From contig CM082586.2 of NCBI GenBank assembly GCA_040954595.2, positions 3,702,349-3,766,348 on the forward strand: 64,000 nt of DNA, in the 5' to 3' direction. Shown here piece after piece: positions 40,351-52,452 of this stretch (positions are counted from its first letter, which is position 1; the number at the start of each line of letters is the position of its first letter). Origin of the DNA: Balanoglossus misakiensis (lineage: Eukaryota > Animalia > Hemichordata). The notes beneath the pieces are model-generated. The model ran no database searches. It had not been told where the DNA came from and saw only the letters and a program-made list of their open reading frames with translations. A program made the translations under genes and the position numbers.

Positions 40351-42920
40351 TTAATTGTGCATGTACATTTAAATATGAACATGTTAAAAAATAAACAGGT
40401 GTCACACCCGTTTATTCAGTGTACAACCATCGAGGTATGCACACATGGGTATTAGAAGATCCACAAAATCAAAATTTTGTCACCTGTTGACTTAGGTAGG
40501 GGAGAAGATTGACATGTTTTTTATTAAAAATATTTAAAACGTGGCAGCTACTGGGGCTTTAAAGGAAATGCCCCAACTGAGAATGCAGGTAGTCGTGCAT
40601 TCATTCTCGTCCAGATAGCTATCTCGGCTATACTCATCTACCATGGCATCTACCATGCAACCCACCTACACGAAGATTACAGCTTAGACACACAAAACAT
40701 CACCGACTGCAAGATCTGCAGTATCTCACACAAAATCAACACAATGTGCATGGCTAGGTTTCAATTTGCTGCGTGCCTAACGGAAATGTCAAAACCATCA
40801 CAAATACTAATTCTGCTGGCATTAGATTTCTCCAAGTAATAAATTTGATATTTCCAGAAGGAAACCTTTCTCTTCCCAGAAGCAAATCTGTTTGGTAATT
40901 TCTGGAAAGAGGAAGTGTTGTCCTATTTGTCTGTTCAATTCACATAATATTCAAAACCGACAGATTAGCCTGCAGCATGGCACAGAAAATTGATTACAAC
41001 CAAATTATGTGTATTCTTATTCAGGAGACTTATTTAGGTTTTTTTTATTGACAGCCAGATTCCAGACATTTGAAACTCATGAAAAAATTGTGAATAACAG
41101 CAATACAGAAGATTTTGAAATTACTCGCATGATTATCCTAAGGTAGGTTGGGGTTCACTTTCTCTGATATTTAAAGAAAAAAACATCTTTATTTCATTTT
41201 CTCTGTCCTGATTTTAGTCTGTGTCTTTGAAGAAAACTCCAGACAGACTTTCCCTCCAGACATCTGAATGCTGTGAAAAACAAAAAAATCTTGCCACGAT
41301 TTTACAATTAAAGAGATGAAAATTCCATGATAATTTTCTGCCATGCTTTAAAATCCCTGTAGCTATATGTTCTAGCATTTTGTTCACTAAAAAGTATCCC
41401 ATTTTCAGAAATTTGTTTTGGATTCCCATCATTAAACCTTATCGCCTTTGAATATGCTATTATCTCAATCCTTGACAATGGATAAGGTTGATTTAAGTTA
41501 GATGCTTACGCATATATTTAAAAAGTACCACCATTTTGAAACAACAGTCACATGACAAATAATATTACTAGCGACATAAAATGTAAACCAAGTGTTTACT
41601 CATAGATTGTGTTCTAGCTCAAAGTTTCGTGACACTGATATACATTTGCTGTCAGTGTTTGAAATTTTCCATACGTTTGAAATTTTCCACACGTTTCTCG
41701 CTAGTCTGCTTCGGTGAGTATTTTGTAAAATGAGGCACGTGAATGTGGCATGTTTGGTCTTACATATTTTACTTTTTTTTCACGGCAAGGCTGACGATTA
41801 TGAGTCTACTATGATTGAGTTCCAAAATTCACTTCAGAAATTCAATATTTAATCCTTGGATGTGCGAACGCAGCTCAATAGCAGCGAGGTCTACCAAGAG
41901 TCACACCTTTCAAAATGCAGACGGTGTCAACTGATCGACTGTACAACAAGCAGATGCGCTTCTTGGCTAATTAATCACGTCAACAATAGCCGGCAATTTC
42001 CAAGGGCACATCTGCACCTTGTTTTCTTGCAAAATCTTCAGGCGATATCTAGGGAGGGCGTTTTCGAACAATGAAGGACTAATTTGACATGTGAACGAGA
42101 ATAATCTGACACTAATCTTCTGAAGAAGACTTGATGTAGAAAAATTCTCATAAATCATGGCTCTTTTCCTCTGAATGAAACCCTGTAACCCTGTAAACTT
42201 TTACATCTCCTCCAAGTGACGAAGTGTGTTAAGATAAAAAGTACCACTGAAACACGTCGTCTACTTGCCCCGTGGTTCAACCCAACACAAGCCACTCCCG
42301 GCTACTCATTATTAAAAGTGCATCCAATATTATTCCACGCGCCCATTTTTTCTAAAAATTTGACGCACACACACACTCCAGAAGGCAATTCTCTCATTGA
42401 AATAAAAGTGCATAGTGTCTTTTGTACTTCCAGGAAATGTTGAACATCAACAGGCAAGAAGTGATTGTCTGCATTACCTGGGGCAATGAACTTTGGTGGA
42501 GGTAAAAAAAAAGATAAACACATTGGCAAGACCTGCAGCGCTCCTTTCAATAAAATGAAACATGAGGGAGAAAATATGACTTCAAGGCCAAGTTGTTTAC
42601 TTCAAATCAGCAAAATTTCTACTGCTAAGGGACCTATGAATTCAACCGGTAGTAAACTGCTCAGAATGCCACAATATTTCTGTCCAATTTTAATTAAGGT
42701 AGAGTAGTTCAACTCCTGGGCAAAAGCATTTACAGGAGGAAAAGAAACACCTTCATGGTGATTATTTGTATCTAAGAGTAACAGTACCAAGAAAGTATAT
42801 TAAAAAAACTACAGCATCACTGGACAGATAGAACAACGTTTAAAAAGGGGTAAAAGGAACACTGGTGTGCCAAAACCACAAACATGAATACCGAGTCTTC
42901 GCATGGAAACACACTCGTAC

Positions 42921-43085
42921 CTGTTTTTGGAACAGCACTAGAAACAGGTGCCATGTCCATATAACCTTCATCACTCTTCACTTTTGTTTTGTTCACTTCT
43001 TTATTCACTGCTTCTTTCTGATTGACCGGTGAATCTCTGCTTTGGGAAGTGGTGGGGCTCATCGACATGTAGGACTCCAGTTCAC
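42921..43085 (-). CDS. IRS: IRS exon (165 nt, phase 1-1; YMSM, YMDM)
   Basis: catttcaccAG / ACAG|GTACGA; ELESYMSMSPTT...DEGYMDMAPVSSAVPKT. Confidence 0.9.
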
Positions 43086-43222
43086 CTGGTGAAATGATGA
43101 ACAAACAAACGTGATGTTCAGACATCCCATAGACGGTATCCAGGCAGATGGGAGGAGCCCTCACAGTTGAGAAAATCAGTTTCATTTGTCTACAGTAGCG
43201 GACCACGCAAACTGTTGCTTAC

Positions 43223-43342
43223 CCAACAAAGGTGTAGCATTGGCTGGCGACATATTAACGTAACTTTCTTGAGATTTGACTTTTGCTGCTCGGTCCATCT
43301 CCATGTAACCTTCGGTTGAAATGACCTTGGGTATGGCTTGGC
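43223..43342 (-). CDS. IRS: IRS exon (120 nt, phase 1-1; YMEM, YVNM)
   Basis: caattgcAG / TTGG|GTAAGC; QAIPKVISTEGYMEMDRAAKVKSQESYVNMSPANATPLL. Confidence 0.9.
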
Positions 43343-43729
43343 CTGCAATTGCAATATACGGAACAAAAAGAAAGACCATCCTCAATACAAATCTATCTCT
43401 TATGTGGCGGTAAATGTAATAAAGAAAAACATAGCAGTGCCAATATTTGTATTGTCAAATAATAACTTTTCAACCCCTGCACACAATCAAATATCAATCA
43501 CTCATTTCTCATTCAATCATTCCGTAACCAACCAACCAACCCACCCCACCCACCCTCACCACCAACGCTCCCATCCACCCACTGACTGACTCACTCACTC
43601 ACCCATTCATCCAATCAATCAATCCCTAGCATTCACCCCTTCACTCACTTGCTCGATCATACTGAGGTCACAAAAACCATCATTCAAATGAACTTCTACA
43701 TCATGCAAAATCCTTGATTTTTCTTTTAC

Positions 43730-43839
43730 CTTGTGAAACAGCTGATGGTGACATCGGCATGTAGTCATCTCCGGACTCCGTGCTTTCCTCTCGGATCGGC
43801 GTTCGACTTGGCGAGTCGGGAGTTGAAACTCTGCCGTAC
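43730..43839 (-). CDS. IRS: IRS exon (110 nt, phase 2-1; TPDS, YMPM)
   Basis: ttttgattcAG / CAAG|GTAAAA; YGRVSTPDSPSRTPIREESTESGDDYMPMSPSAVSQ. Absent from the ORF track. Confidence 0.9.
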
Positions 43840-44122
43840 CTGAATCAAAATATTTTACTACATCAGTACAGTGAAGTTGCTGATTTCACTTCCACAGTTT
43901 AAATCCTGACTCATCAGAATAAATTACCAGTAGTAGTTTGAATGGAACCAAAACAGATTCTTGTTGGCTGGAAGATTGAAGGAAAACCTGCAACTTCTGG
44001 TCATACAGCCAAAATTAAACACGTGCGCCCTCTTGTAACCTTAGAGTGAAAACTGAGGGCAGGGAGATCTCACTTGCATGGGGTTTTCCTCTGCGCAATT
44101 CATGTAACAAGTCAACCCTTAC

Positions 44123-44260
44123 CGATGGAAGTGTTGGTCTGCCGGACTGGATCCGTACTCTTCCGGAGTTCTATTCCCATCCACCGCCATCCCTTTGACA
44201 GTGCTAAGATGCCGGAAGAAATGCTCATCCGGGAAGCTAGAACTTTGCTGTGGACTTTCA
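44123..44260 (-). CDS. IRS: IRS exon (138 nt, phase 2-2; EEYGSSP)
   Basis: tttgtcttgcAG / ATCG|GTAAGG; EEYGSSPAD resembles IRS1 DEYGSSPCD. Confidence 0.9.
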
Positions 44261-46103
44261 CTGCAAGACAAACGGCATGCACAAAAGTCAAATGTGGAAC
44301 TATGTGATAATTTTATTTGATCCAAATCTTGATACTACTATCTCAATTAAAAATGGATTTGTAATATTCCTGCAGTTCAATGATCAAAAACAAATTATTT
44401 TTGGCACTTATTCTGGATGAACTTGCCGCTTAATTTTTAGGAATGGCAGTGTTGTTCACTGTCAATATTAGATTTTTTCCTCCAATATTTTTCTCAGAAA
44501 AATAGCACTGTTAGGCAAACTAACGATGATTGTATTGAAGCAAACTTCTTTGTATATAGAAAATATAGTTCGTCATGAAAGTGTCCAGATTTGAACATTG
44601 TGACTTTGTAAACAGCTGCTTTGTGCTTCAAGCTTTGGAGTAGTGATCAAACAAACAAACAAACAAAAGTGTTCTGTGAACGTATGAAAACATGCCATAG
44701 CAACAAGACACACAGCACTACAAAGCATGTCTCAGATTTTACAGCCTGCAACGATGGAATATTACACAGCAGTGAAGATTGTGTACATTAGGTGCCCACT
44801 CCATAATGGGAAAAATCAAAATCGTTACAAGTCTTGAAGTTTAAAGAAATTACACTTCTGAACGTTATTTCGCTCGATTCAGTCTCTGTGATTGTTTTAT
44901 ACAGAATAGAAACTACTCACACACAAGAAATATTAATTGAAATTTCGGAAGATTGTTTAGCTGCATTTCAATATGCACACACACTTGTTAATAATTGTCA
45001 ACGAAGAAGAAATATTTAATTATGGTTATGAGTAGGTCAGGTGAGCTTGTAGCCATTTTGAATTTTCAATCTGATATGACATCATGGTGTATTTTCAACC
45101 AAGGAAATTTAAAAGTTTCAAGATGAACAAAATTAAAGCCAAAGTTAAAGTGGAATTATACCGTTCCTGCTAGTGGCACTTTCAGGGAGAATGGCTACCC
45201 ATTGTTCATTTTGAGAAACGTGAGAAAAGTAGACCAAAAAATACCCTCTAATTTGTAAACTCCAGGAGAGAGGGAAGTACTATCACATATACAGCCTTTT
45301 CAGTGCTGAATAGAGCATCCAGATTATTTCACACTGAAACTTGAAAGACACTAATCTGCATTCTGATCTGGTATGTACTTTTTTTCTTGATTTCAGAGTA
45401 TTTACTCTTATCCTCTCATGGGTCAGATACATGCATGGAAAAAGGACCACTTATTTTCACGGATCATGGTGATCAAGAACAGTTTCTACTTTTCCGTTAT
45501 TTGGGGAACACAAATGGATATCCCTTTTCCCGGATAGTACCACCAGGAGGACACCGTTTCATAGTCCTCATAAAAAATTAAAATATTCCGATTCAATTTT
45601 TTTAATCTGTTCCTTTCTTTGAGACTTTAGGCAAAGATTTTTCATTTCGTCTACAGTGAACATTACAGCTTTACTCAAAATCAAGATGGCTTCTGTGGTG
45701 AACATGGTATTGCTAGTTTGAGAGCACACTGCATCTGAGGCAAATTAATGTGGAAAATATGGTGTCAAAGCTTTGAATCCCTAATCACAGATCTGAAATA
45801 AGAATGCCAGTGTATATGGTCAATTTCTATATCAATAAAATGTTGCTATATCTTCGCTTTCCTGCTGGAAAGCTAAACTATTTATATGACATCAAAATTG
45901 GAAAATAACATTTCCATAGACAAAACTTTGACACCATGGGTAGCAAAGCTAAAGCACAGAGATACTGGAAAGCGGTCTACCTCTATAGGTTAGTGAGTTA
46001 GAGGGTCACAACACTGCAACACTGCCACTCTCTTGCCATGATTGGTTCTTCAAGGAACCATGTGATGAGTGGTTCCTCTAGCTACCTAAAAATTACATCT
46101 CAC

Positions 46104-46247
46104 CTTAGAGGACTGTTTGAAACGGGTGGAGAGTGTGACATGGGCTGAGATACAGACCGTGATATGATGGTGTGCGGGCGCAGGCGGCCAATGTTGGGAC
46201 TGCTTCGTGGCTGACTCCCTATCGTCCTGGATCTCGACTTGCTGGGG
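46104..46247 (-). CDS. IRS: IRS exon (144 nt, phase 2-2; Ser/Arg/Pro-rich)
   Basis: tttctttcttgacAG / TAAG|GTGAGA; PSKSRSRTIGSQPRSSPNIGRLRPHTIISRSVSQPMSHSPPVSNSPL. Confidence 0.88.
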
Positions 46248-46440
46248 CTGTCAAGAAAGAAAAAAAGACGAGAAGACGCAGGAATAAGAACAAACATTGA
46301 GGGTTTTTTTGCCTTCGACTCTGACACTCAAACCACCGAAATGATACATGTCAAAAACAGCAATGCACATAGACATACAAGCCTGTCAAAAAAATTAAAG
46401 AGAGTGAAAAGAGGAGAGAAATTCTAAAAACGATAAATAT

Positions 46441-46631
46441 TTAAAGGTAAACGGTCACCCCTTGTTTACATATGCGTGTATATAGTCAAATGGACGTGAA
46501 TAAGTCTTCATATGACCTGTGGTGGCGCACTTCTTTTGCATCTGCCACCAACTGAAAATCTGTAATTCGCTATATTTTGATTTTCCATGGTAACCGTGGT
46601 TAAGTGTGCATAGGTGACCGTGTACCTATAA
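46441..46631. mobile_element. MITE with ~15-bp terminal inverted repeats and TTAA-like flanks
   Basis: ttaa-aggtaaacggtcacc (46441-46459) ... ggtgaccgtgtacct-ataa (46613-46631). Confidence 0.7.
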
Positions 46632-47025
46632 ACTGTCTAATACATGAAACTCAACAAAAAAATATACAATATAATTTCTCTGACGTCAATATTTGGCAGT
46701 AAAGTTTGGCTACACAGAATGACATAAAAGCAAGAATTCATCATTAATGCTGCGACAGCACAAGGAGGCGACATGGGTCAAACACCTTGACAGAATGTTA
46801 ATAGATTTTATTAAAATAAAAGAACAGAGAGGATATTTTAGAGCCAATATTAATGCTTCTACTGCAGGTTCACATTCAATACTTCAAAGCTAAAACATTG
46901 GGTGAGCAACAAAAGCTGAAGAAAGCAAAGCAACTGCCAACCCAGACCTTTGAAATCCCCAAACCCAACAAATTTTAATTTCTCCTCTAAATTTTCATAA
47001 CACAATGCGCAACAATGGGGTCACA

Positions 47026-47113
47026 CCCTTTCACCCCCATTTTCCGAAATATGGTTCCAGCCGCTACCATAGCAAACACTGGGGTTGAACCAACTGCTGC
47101 TGTGAAAGGTGTT
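47026..47113. mobile_element. piggyBac-like MITE copy
   Basis: ccctttcacccccatt...ctaccatagcaaacactggggttgaacca...gtgaaagg. Confidence 0.6.
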
Positions 47114-48058
47114 ATTAATATATATGTACTAGACAACAGTTGGAACACCTCCTGAAAGGCGTCAATTGATAAGTGGGAATTTTTATAAATACTGCAAGAG
47201 TTTATAATGGTAATGTATAAGTACTTACGACACAATGGTGTATATGAATGCATGCAATGAAAGTTGTATAAACATTTTAGAATATAAGTAGACGTAACTA
47301 TATTATACATTTATTTATCTACATGTAAGATTGTTATTTTCATCATGAATAAGAGATTCATGGACACATGTCAACACGAGCATTTGAACCAACTGGGATT
47401 CAGATCGGAGTCGTCCATGAATATCGTAGCAGCTCTCAATAATGACAAGAGTGATCCAGAACTGTTGCATGGTTATTACGGCCAGGTCAAGTTAACGGTC
47501 AAAGTGGACAGCGATCGTTAAGGTTATATAGTCATTCCCTTTCATTCTACTCATGCATCTCTCTTATTCTTGTCTTAACATTTTTGTCTACTTTTAAGTA
47601 CTAATGATGCGTTGAGATGGACAGTGAGATGGATGTAAGTGATAGTGTGAATGTGATGGTGGTACTGCAACACTAATGGTCTTTACAACATGCCTGTGTT
47701 TTTACAAAATTAGAAATGACTATGTTATGGATGGAATATGGTTGTAGGCATAGTTTAAGGCATGACAAAATTGCTTCACCACACAACTAACCTACGTCTA
47801 AACGAAAAGGCAAAACTGAACTGTTCCTTTGCAGACCGTGAAAAAAATATCTCCAAACCTACTGACACTAACTACCATGCCATCAAATATGCAGTGAAAA
47901 CAAAATTTACAAGAATTAAAAGTCTTCAGGGATTCATATACAGAAAAAAAAACTGAAAGAAAAGTAGATCTTAGTTATTTCCTAAAGATCTGCACACTGA
48001 GGTCAGGTGACTGCAAAATAGATCATGTGATTGTCATGTGGCTAAAAATGTAACAAAC

Positions 48059-48139
48059 CTGTCTGGATGACTGCCGCGGAAGTGTTTGTCACCTTCGCTG
48101 CTCGTCCGTGGTCGGAATCTACTTCCAAGTTTGAAAATA
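48059..48139 (-). CDS. IRS: IRS exon (81 nt, phase 2-2; FRPRTSSEGD)
   Basis: ccttccttttattcAG / ACAG|GTTTGT; IFKLGSRFRPRTSSEGDKHFRGSHPD resembles IRS1 FRVRASSDGE and IRS2 RVRTASEGD. Absent from the ORF track. Confidence 0.88.
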
Positions 48140-48727
48140 CTGAATAAAAGGAAGGACGGATATTAACAGCCAGTCAGTTAAGCATGCCGAGGCAGTATTA
48201 TGGGATGGCTTTTCGGTCGTCCTGACAACTGTTGGTCGCCGGGCAACTTACACAGTGAGGGGCGCCATCTCCCACTCATGCATCACAGTCAGGACTTGAC
48301 CTCATTTGCATAGGTCAGATCAGGTCATTACCACAGCAACAGCATGCAAAGCGTTTGGATAAGCAGTTCAGGAAAGACCGGAATGTGAAAGAAAAATGGA
48401 AAAAAAGGAAGTATGAAAGAATCAAGACAGAAGAATGGTATTTTCGTGTTAGTGGTTATTTATTTGTTACGTTTATCATTAAAGCTTGATGCAGGCCAGC
48501 CATGATTCATGGATGACGTGTGCACTTGGTGGTGTGAAGGAATAATAAAAAAAATTAAAAAGTGGGTTGCAAACTTTTCAAAGAGTTTGGAACCTCAGAT
48601 TTAGGGAAAAAAGTATGGGAAACTAGCATAAATTTGGAATAGGAAACAGACTCAGTAGAAATACATAGGTCTTTATGAAGGTAGAATTTTTTTGAAAAAA
48701 AAAAAAGAAACTCTACGACATAATCAC

Positions 48728-48826
48728 CTTGAGGCGGCCATCTTGGCTCGGATTTGACCTTCGCCCTCACTGCACGTCCGAGGCCTTAAGATGCCCAAGA
48801 ATAAATTCCGGGGAAGGCTGTTACTA
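48728..48826 (-). CDS. IRS: Candidate alternative/duplicated IRS exon (99 nt, phase 2-2; LRPRTCSEGE)
   Basis: First AG after a 482-nt AG-free zone, donor CAAG|GTGATT, open frame SNSLPRNLFLGILRPRTCSEGEGQIRAKMAAS, paralogous to the 48059-48139 exon. Confidence 0.7.
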
Positions 48827-49348
48827 CTAGGTTTTTTAATGGTGGAAAAATGACATGTGCAAAAGGCAACGGCAAGCAGATGATAAAAAATAATGCAACA
48901 ATGGGTGAAGTGTGATTTAATTGATGGAAGAAGACAAAAAGCAGTAGACAGGAGGTGAGATGTAGGGGATAGATTAGGTTGATTATATTAATTTTTTTGG
49001 TGTGAAGACAAGGAAACAGATCATGACCAGCCAAGACGGCCAATGTCAATCCCAATAGTGTCAATCAGTGTACATCAGTGTGTATCAAGGTGACAGTCCA
49101 TGTGGATCAATGTGAGTCAATGAGAAATTGATTTCAGATCAGAGTGAGCCAATGAAAGCAGTCATAGCAATATGGCAGATGTCATTCAATGAATTGATAT
49201 ATGCAAGTTGAAGCGAGAATTAGTAATTTTTGAAGAATGTAGACATGGAAAACGAAGAAAGAAATGGGAGAGAAAGAGTTAATGACGATAGCGGGAAGAA
49301 AATAAAGAGTCTTTCCAAAACTCTATGTCTATATGCGTTACAAAAATA

Positions 49349-49569
49349 ATTCTTGCTACCTTAAATAGGTGTTTGCTTTGTGTTATGGGGTCAAATCCCA
49401 TTATGATAATTGCATTATGGGTAAAAAGGTCAACAACAACTCAAGCGTTATATTCTGCTACAAAAATTCAGTATGACCGAACACTAATTTACCTTCTGAA
49501 CTTCTGTTGACCTCATGAGATTTTTATTACTCACCTAGGTAGCAAAAACCTATTTAAGGTAGTGAGAAT
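49349..49569. mobile_element. MITE-like element with ~29-bp inverted ends
   Basis: attcttgctaccttaaataggtgtttgct (49349-49377) versus the reverse complement of 49541-49569 (3 mismatches). A related single end lies at ~52571-52640. Confidence 0.65.
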
Positions 49570-51255
49570 CACCTGAGCAGCCCACTCACTCCAGCAATGA
49601 AACACCCAAGTCTGCATTTTCACTCGATGCTGTTGCAAATTTGCCAAACTTGACGACTTTGGAATTCGGCTAAATGGAATTCCCAGGTCATTGAATTTTT
49701 ATCACGTGAACATAACAGCCAATCAGAGTGGCAGATGCATTCAGCACATGAGTGACATGTTTTCAGACACAACACATACATAGACCACATGACAATCACA
49801 TTTCAAATTACTGGCAAACATTACTATGAGACTAAGGGGGGGAGGGTTAATATAATATCATAAGAAACACCATGGCAAACACAAAACATATTAACACATC
49901 AATCACATGACCAACATAGGAATCACATGGGGCTACATCATGTGCAACATGAAGAAAAGCACCTTAACCTACACCATCACTATGTAACACATGGAAGATT
50001 TCACAGAACTACATGTATGTTGTATGTGCATGACAACATTTTGTGATGCAAAGGTGAATCGCACAGGAAAAATTAAAGATTTATTTATTTAAACACAACT
50101 AGTACGTGCTACAATTATCACATGAAACTGAAGTACAGAAAGTGTGTCATGCAACATTAAGATGCCATGGAATGTTAAAAAGTTTGTTGCATGACATGGT
50201 AACAAGCAACATAACATAATGTGTGAAAGAGTCAAGTGGTGCAGTAGTGTGATATAGTTATTCAATCATTTGCATTCCACACATGATGTTAGCAGGACAT
50301 TGTACGATGGCACATTATCGCTGTATGACTAGAACACAACCAACCAATGCAACATGAATTGACACAAGGCACACCACAAACCACATTTCACTAGTTTAGC
50401 TCATTATGAACCAAAGCAACATCACTTCATGTCCTTTAAACTCGAAGACACACTGAGATGGACTTAGCCACTTCAACTAACATTCTTAGCGCTGATGGCA
50501 AACCCCTAAACATTTGCCAACCGGGTATTTCCCACCCAGCGGAGGGGACGAGGGGGGCAGGATAGGGAAGGGTACATCTGTACATGTCTGGTGGCTAAAC
50601 GTTACAGGGACAAACATTCTAGAACCAGTTATGTAGCCACACAACTAGATCTTGTTGACTTGGCGGCGCTGACACTACATACAGTGTATGTGAAACAAAT
50701 GTTGTTTAAGCTGACGCGATAATTATGGAGGTGGAAGAAGAGAAGCTATGCTTATGTCTTTATGATTCTATACATGACCGCATTTTGTATACAACTGAAT
50801 TTTTATTAACCTTCCATCATGCACTCGAACATATCGTTCGTTATGGGACTTGATCCGTGTATTGCAAAATTAGGAAAGTTATTTTACGAATGAACACCAT
50901 AGGTGTAAGCAGTAGGTGTATATATGGTGTCGGATACTGTGAAATACAGCGGCAGAGCAGATCACCCGATTCCTAGGACTGCAGAAGTGGTCGCGTGTGT
51001 ATAATCACTGTGGCAGCCATTTTGTTTGCGTGTTCACTGTGCAGAGCTGTACAAAGCCATGCTTTTTGGCATGTGCGCAATATGTACACCGCAGGCACAT
51101 CAAAACTGGTATAAAAAAACAAAAAAACAAGCCCACACTTCTATTGGGAGATCTATGTTATATTACACGTACAATAAAACTCATATTTCATGAGCACATG
51201 CACAGTATATCATGCAGTCAAAGACGGTGTACCAGAAAAAAATGCATGCACTCAC

Positions 51256-51489
51256 CTTCCCGGGCTACGGTCACCCCTGACCTCCTCTCCACGTCCCAAC
51301 ATCCGCGAATGCGCTGGCATGCTGTCACACCTTGTGCGACTCAACCTGTTGGCCATAGAGGGCACACTTCCGGGGGTTCCCGGTCGCCTGGGTACTGATA
51401 TTGGATTGGTCAGCTCTGGGTTGGTTGCACCAGTACTTCGACTGCGGGGGCGCATGTCGTCATCTATATGACTCATGTTCCTCATGGCA
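51256..51489 (-). CDS. IRS: IRS exon (234 nt, phase 2-2; end of PTB helix and RxRxxS motifs)
   Basis: gaaacttcAG / GAAG|GTGAGT; AMRNMSHIDDDMRPRSRST...TNPISVPRR...RTRCDSMP resembles IRS1 AMRAMSDEFRPRSKS...SNPISVP...RSRTES. Confidence 0.93.
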
Positions 51490-52309
51490 CTGAAGTTTCG
51501 ACAAGAAATCAGACATTTTTTTATTAAGAAGGATCAAAAGAAATATTATAAATATACTATGGGGGGGGGGGGTGATTGCAGAATACAAACTGATGCACGT
51601 TTTACTATGTAAAATATCAACGTGCTAGAAGGGAGAGTCTCTTATTTAGAAAAATTGCAATGTTTGAAGTTAAACTGCCATCCATCCACTGTTATACCCC
51701 AGAAATGTTGATAATTTCACCGACCAACTCAGAGCAGTCCAACCCCCCTGAGGCCACATATAAAATCGGATAATGGTTTTGACACCAAAGACCTTATCTG
51801 CTGAGTCTAAATTAATGCATTCTGGTCTCTTCAGCAAATGTCAGCGCAATTTTTGCAAATGTTTGCCGCTCGTTATCGTACTCAGATGTAGGCTGGGGGT
51901 ACAATTTGATCAATTACGGGCGGTGTTATTAAAAAAATTACAGTTGCGCTGAAATTGTTCAATCTTCCCGTTAAGTTCAAGAAGCCAAACATGTAGGAGT
52001 AAGGAAAGGCTGGGAAAATGTCAAGCACATGCATGAAAAGTAGGGAAAAACTGTTATGCAGATGTCTCTGCTAACATAACTAGCAAAATGCAGCCAGCGC
52101 AATAACCACCCACAAAGCAAATTCATCCGTAGAATGCCATGTTCTCTGGCCAATTTAGCGCAATTTTCACATTTTTCTCTCGTCTATTTTTGCCATCCAG
52201 TTTAGACAAAATGTAACATACTGGCATTTGCTAGACTAAAGTACAGGGTTAAGTCATTGTTTTTGGACAATATTACAGTATAAAAAGAAAAATGTCGTTT
52301 GATTCTTAC

Positions 52310-52452
52310 TTGAGGATTGACTCATGCATATTTTGGGCAATGATGGTGTCTTCAACAAGCATCCACAGTTCGCCGGCACCAGTAACTGCCGAACGGCCAA
52401 CTTCCATGAAAAAGTAACAGTCTGAATGTCCACACCGTCGTATACTACTCAA
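52310..52452 (-). CDS. IRS: IRS PTB domain exon 2 (143 nt, phase 0-2)
   Basis: tttcctgttgcAG / TCAA|GTAAGA; [47 protein letters not shown], close to the IRS1 PTB core [44 protein letters not shown]. Absent from the ORF track. Confidence 0.97.
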
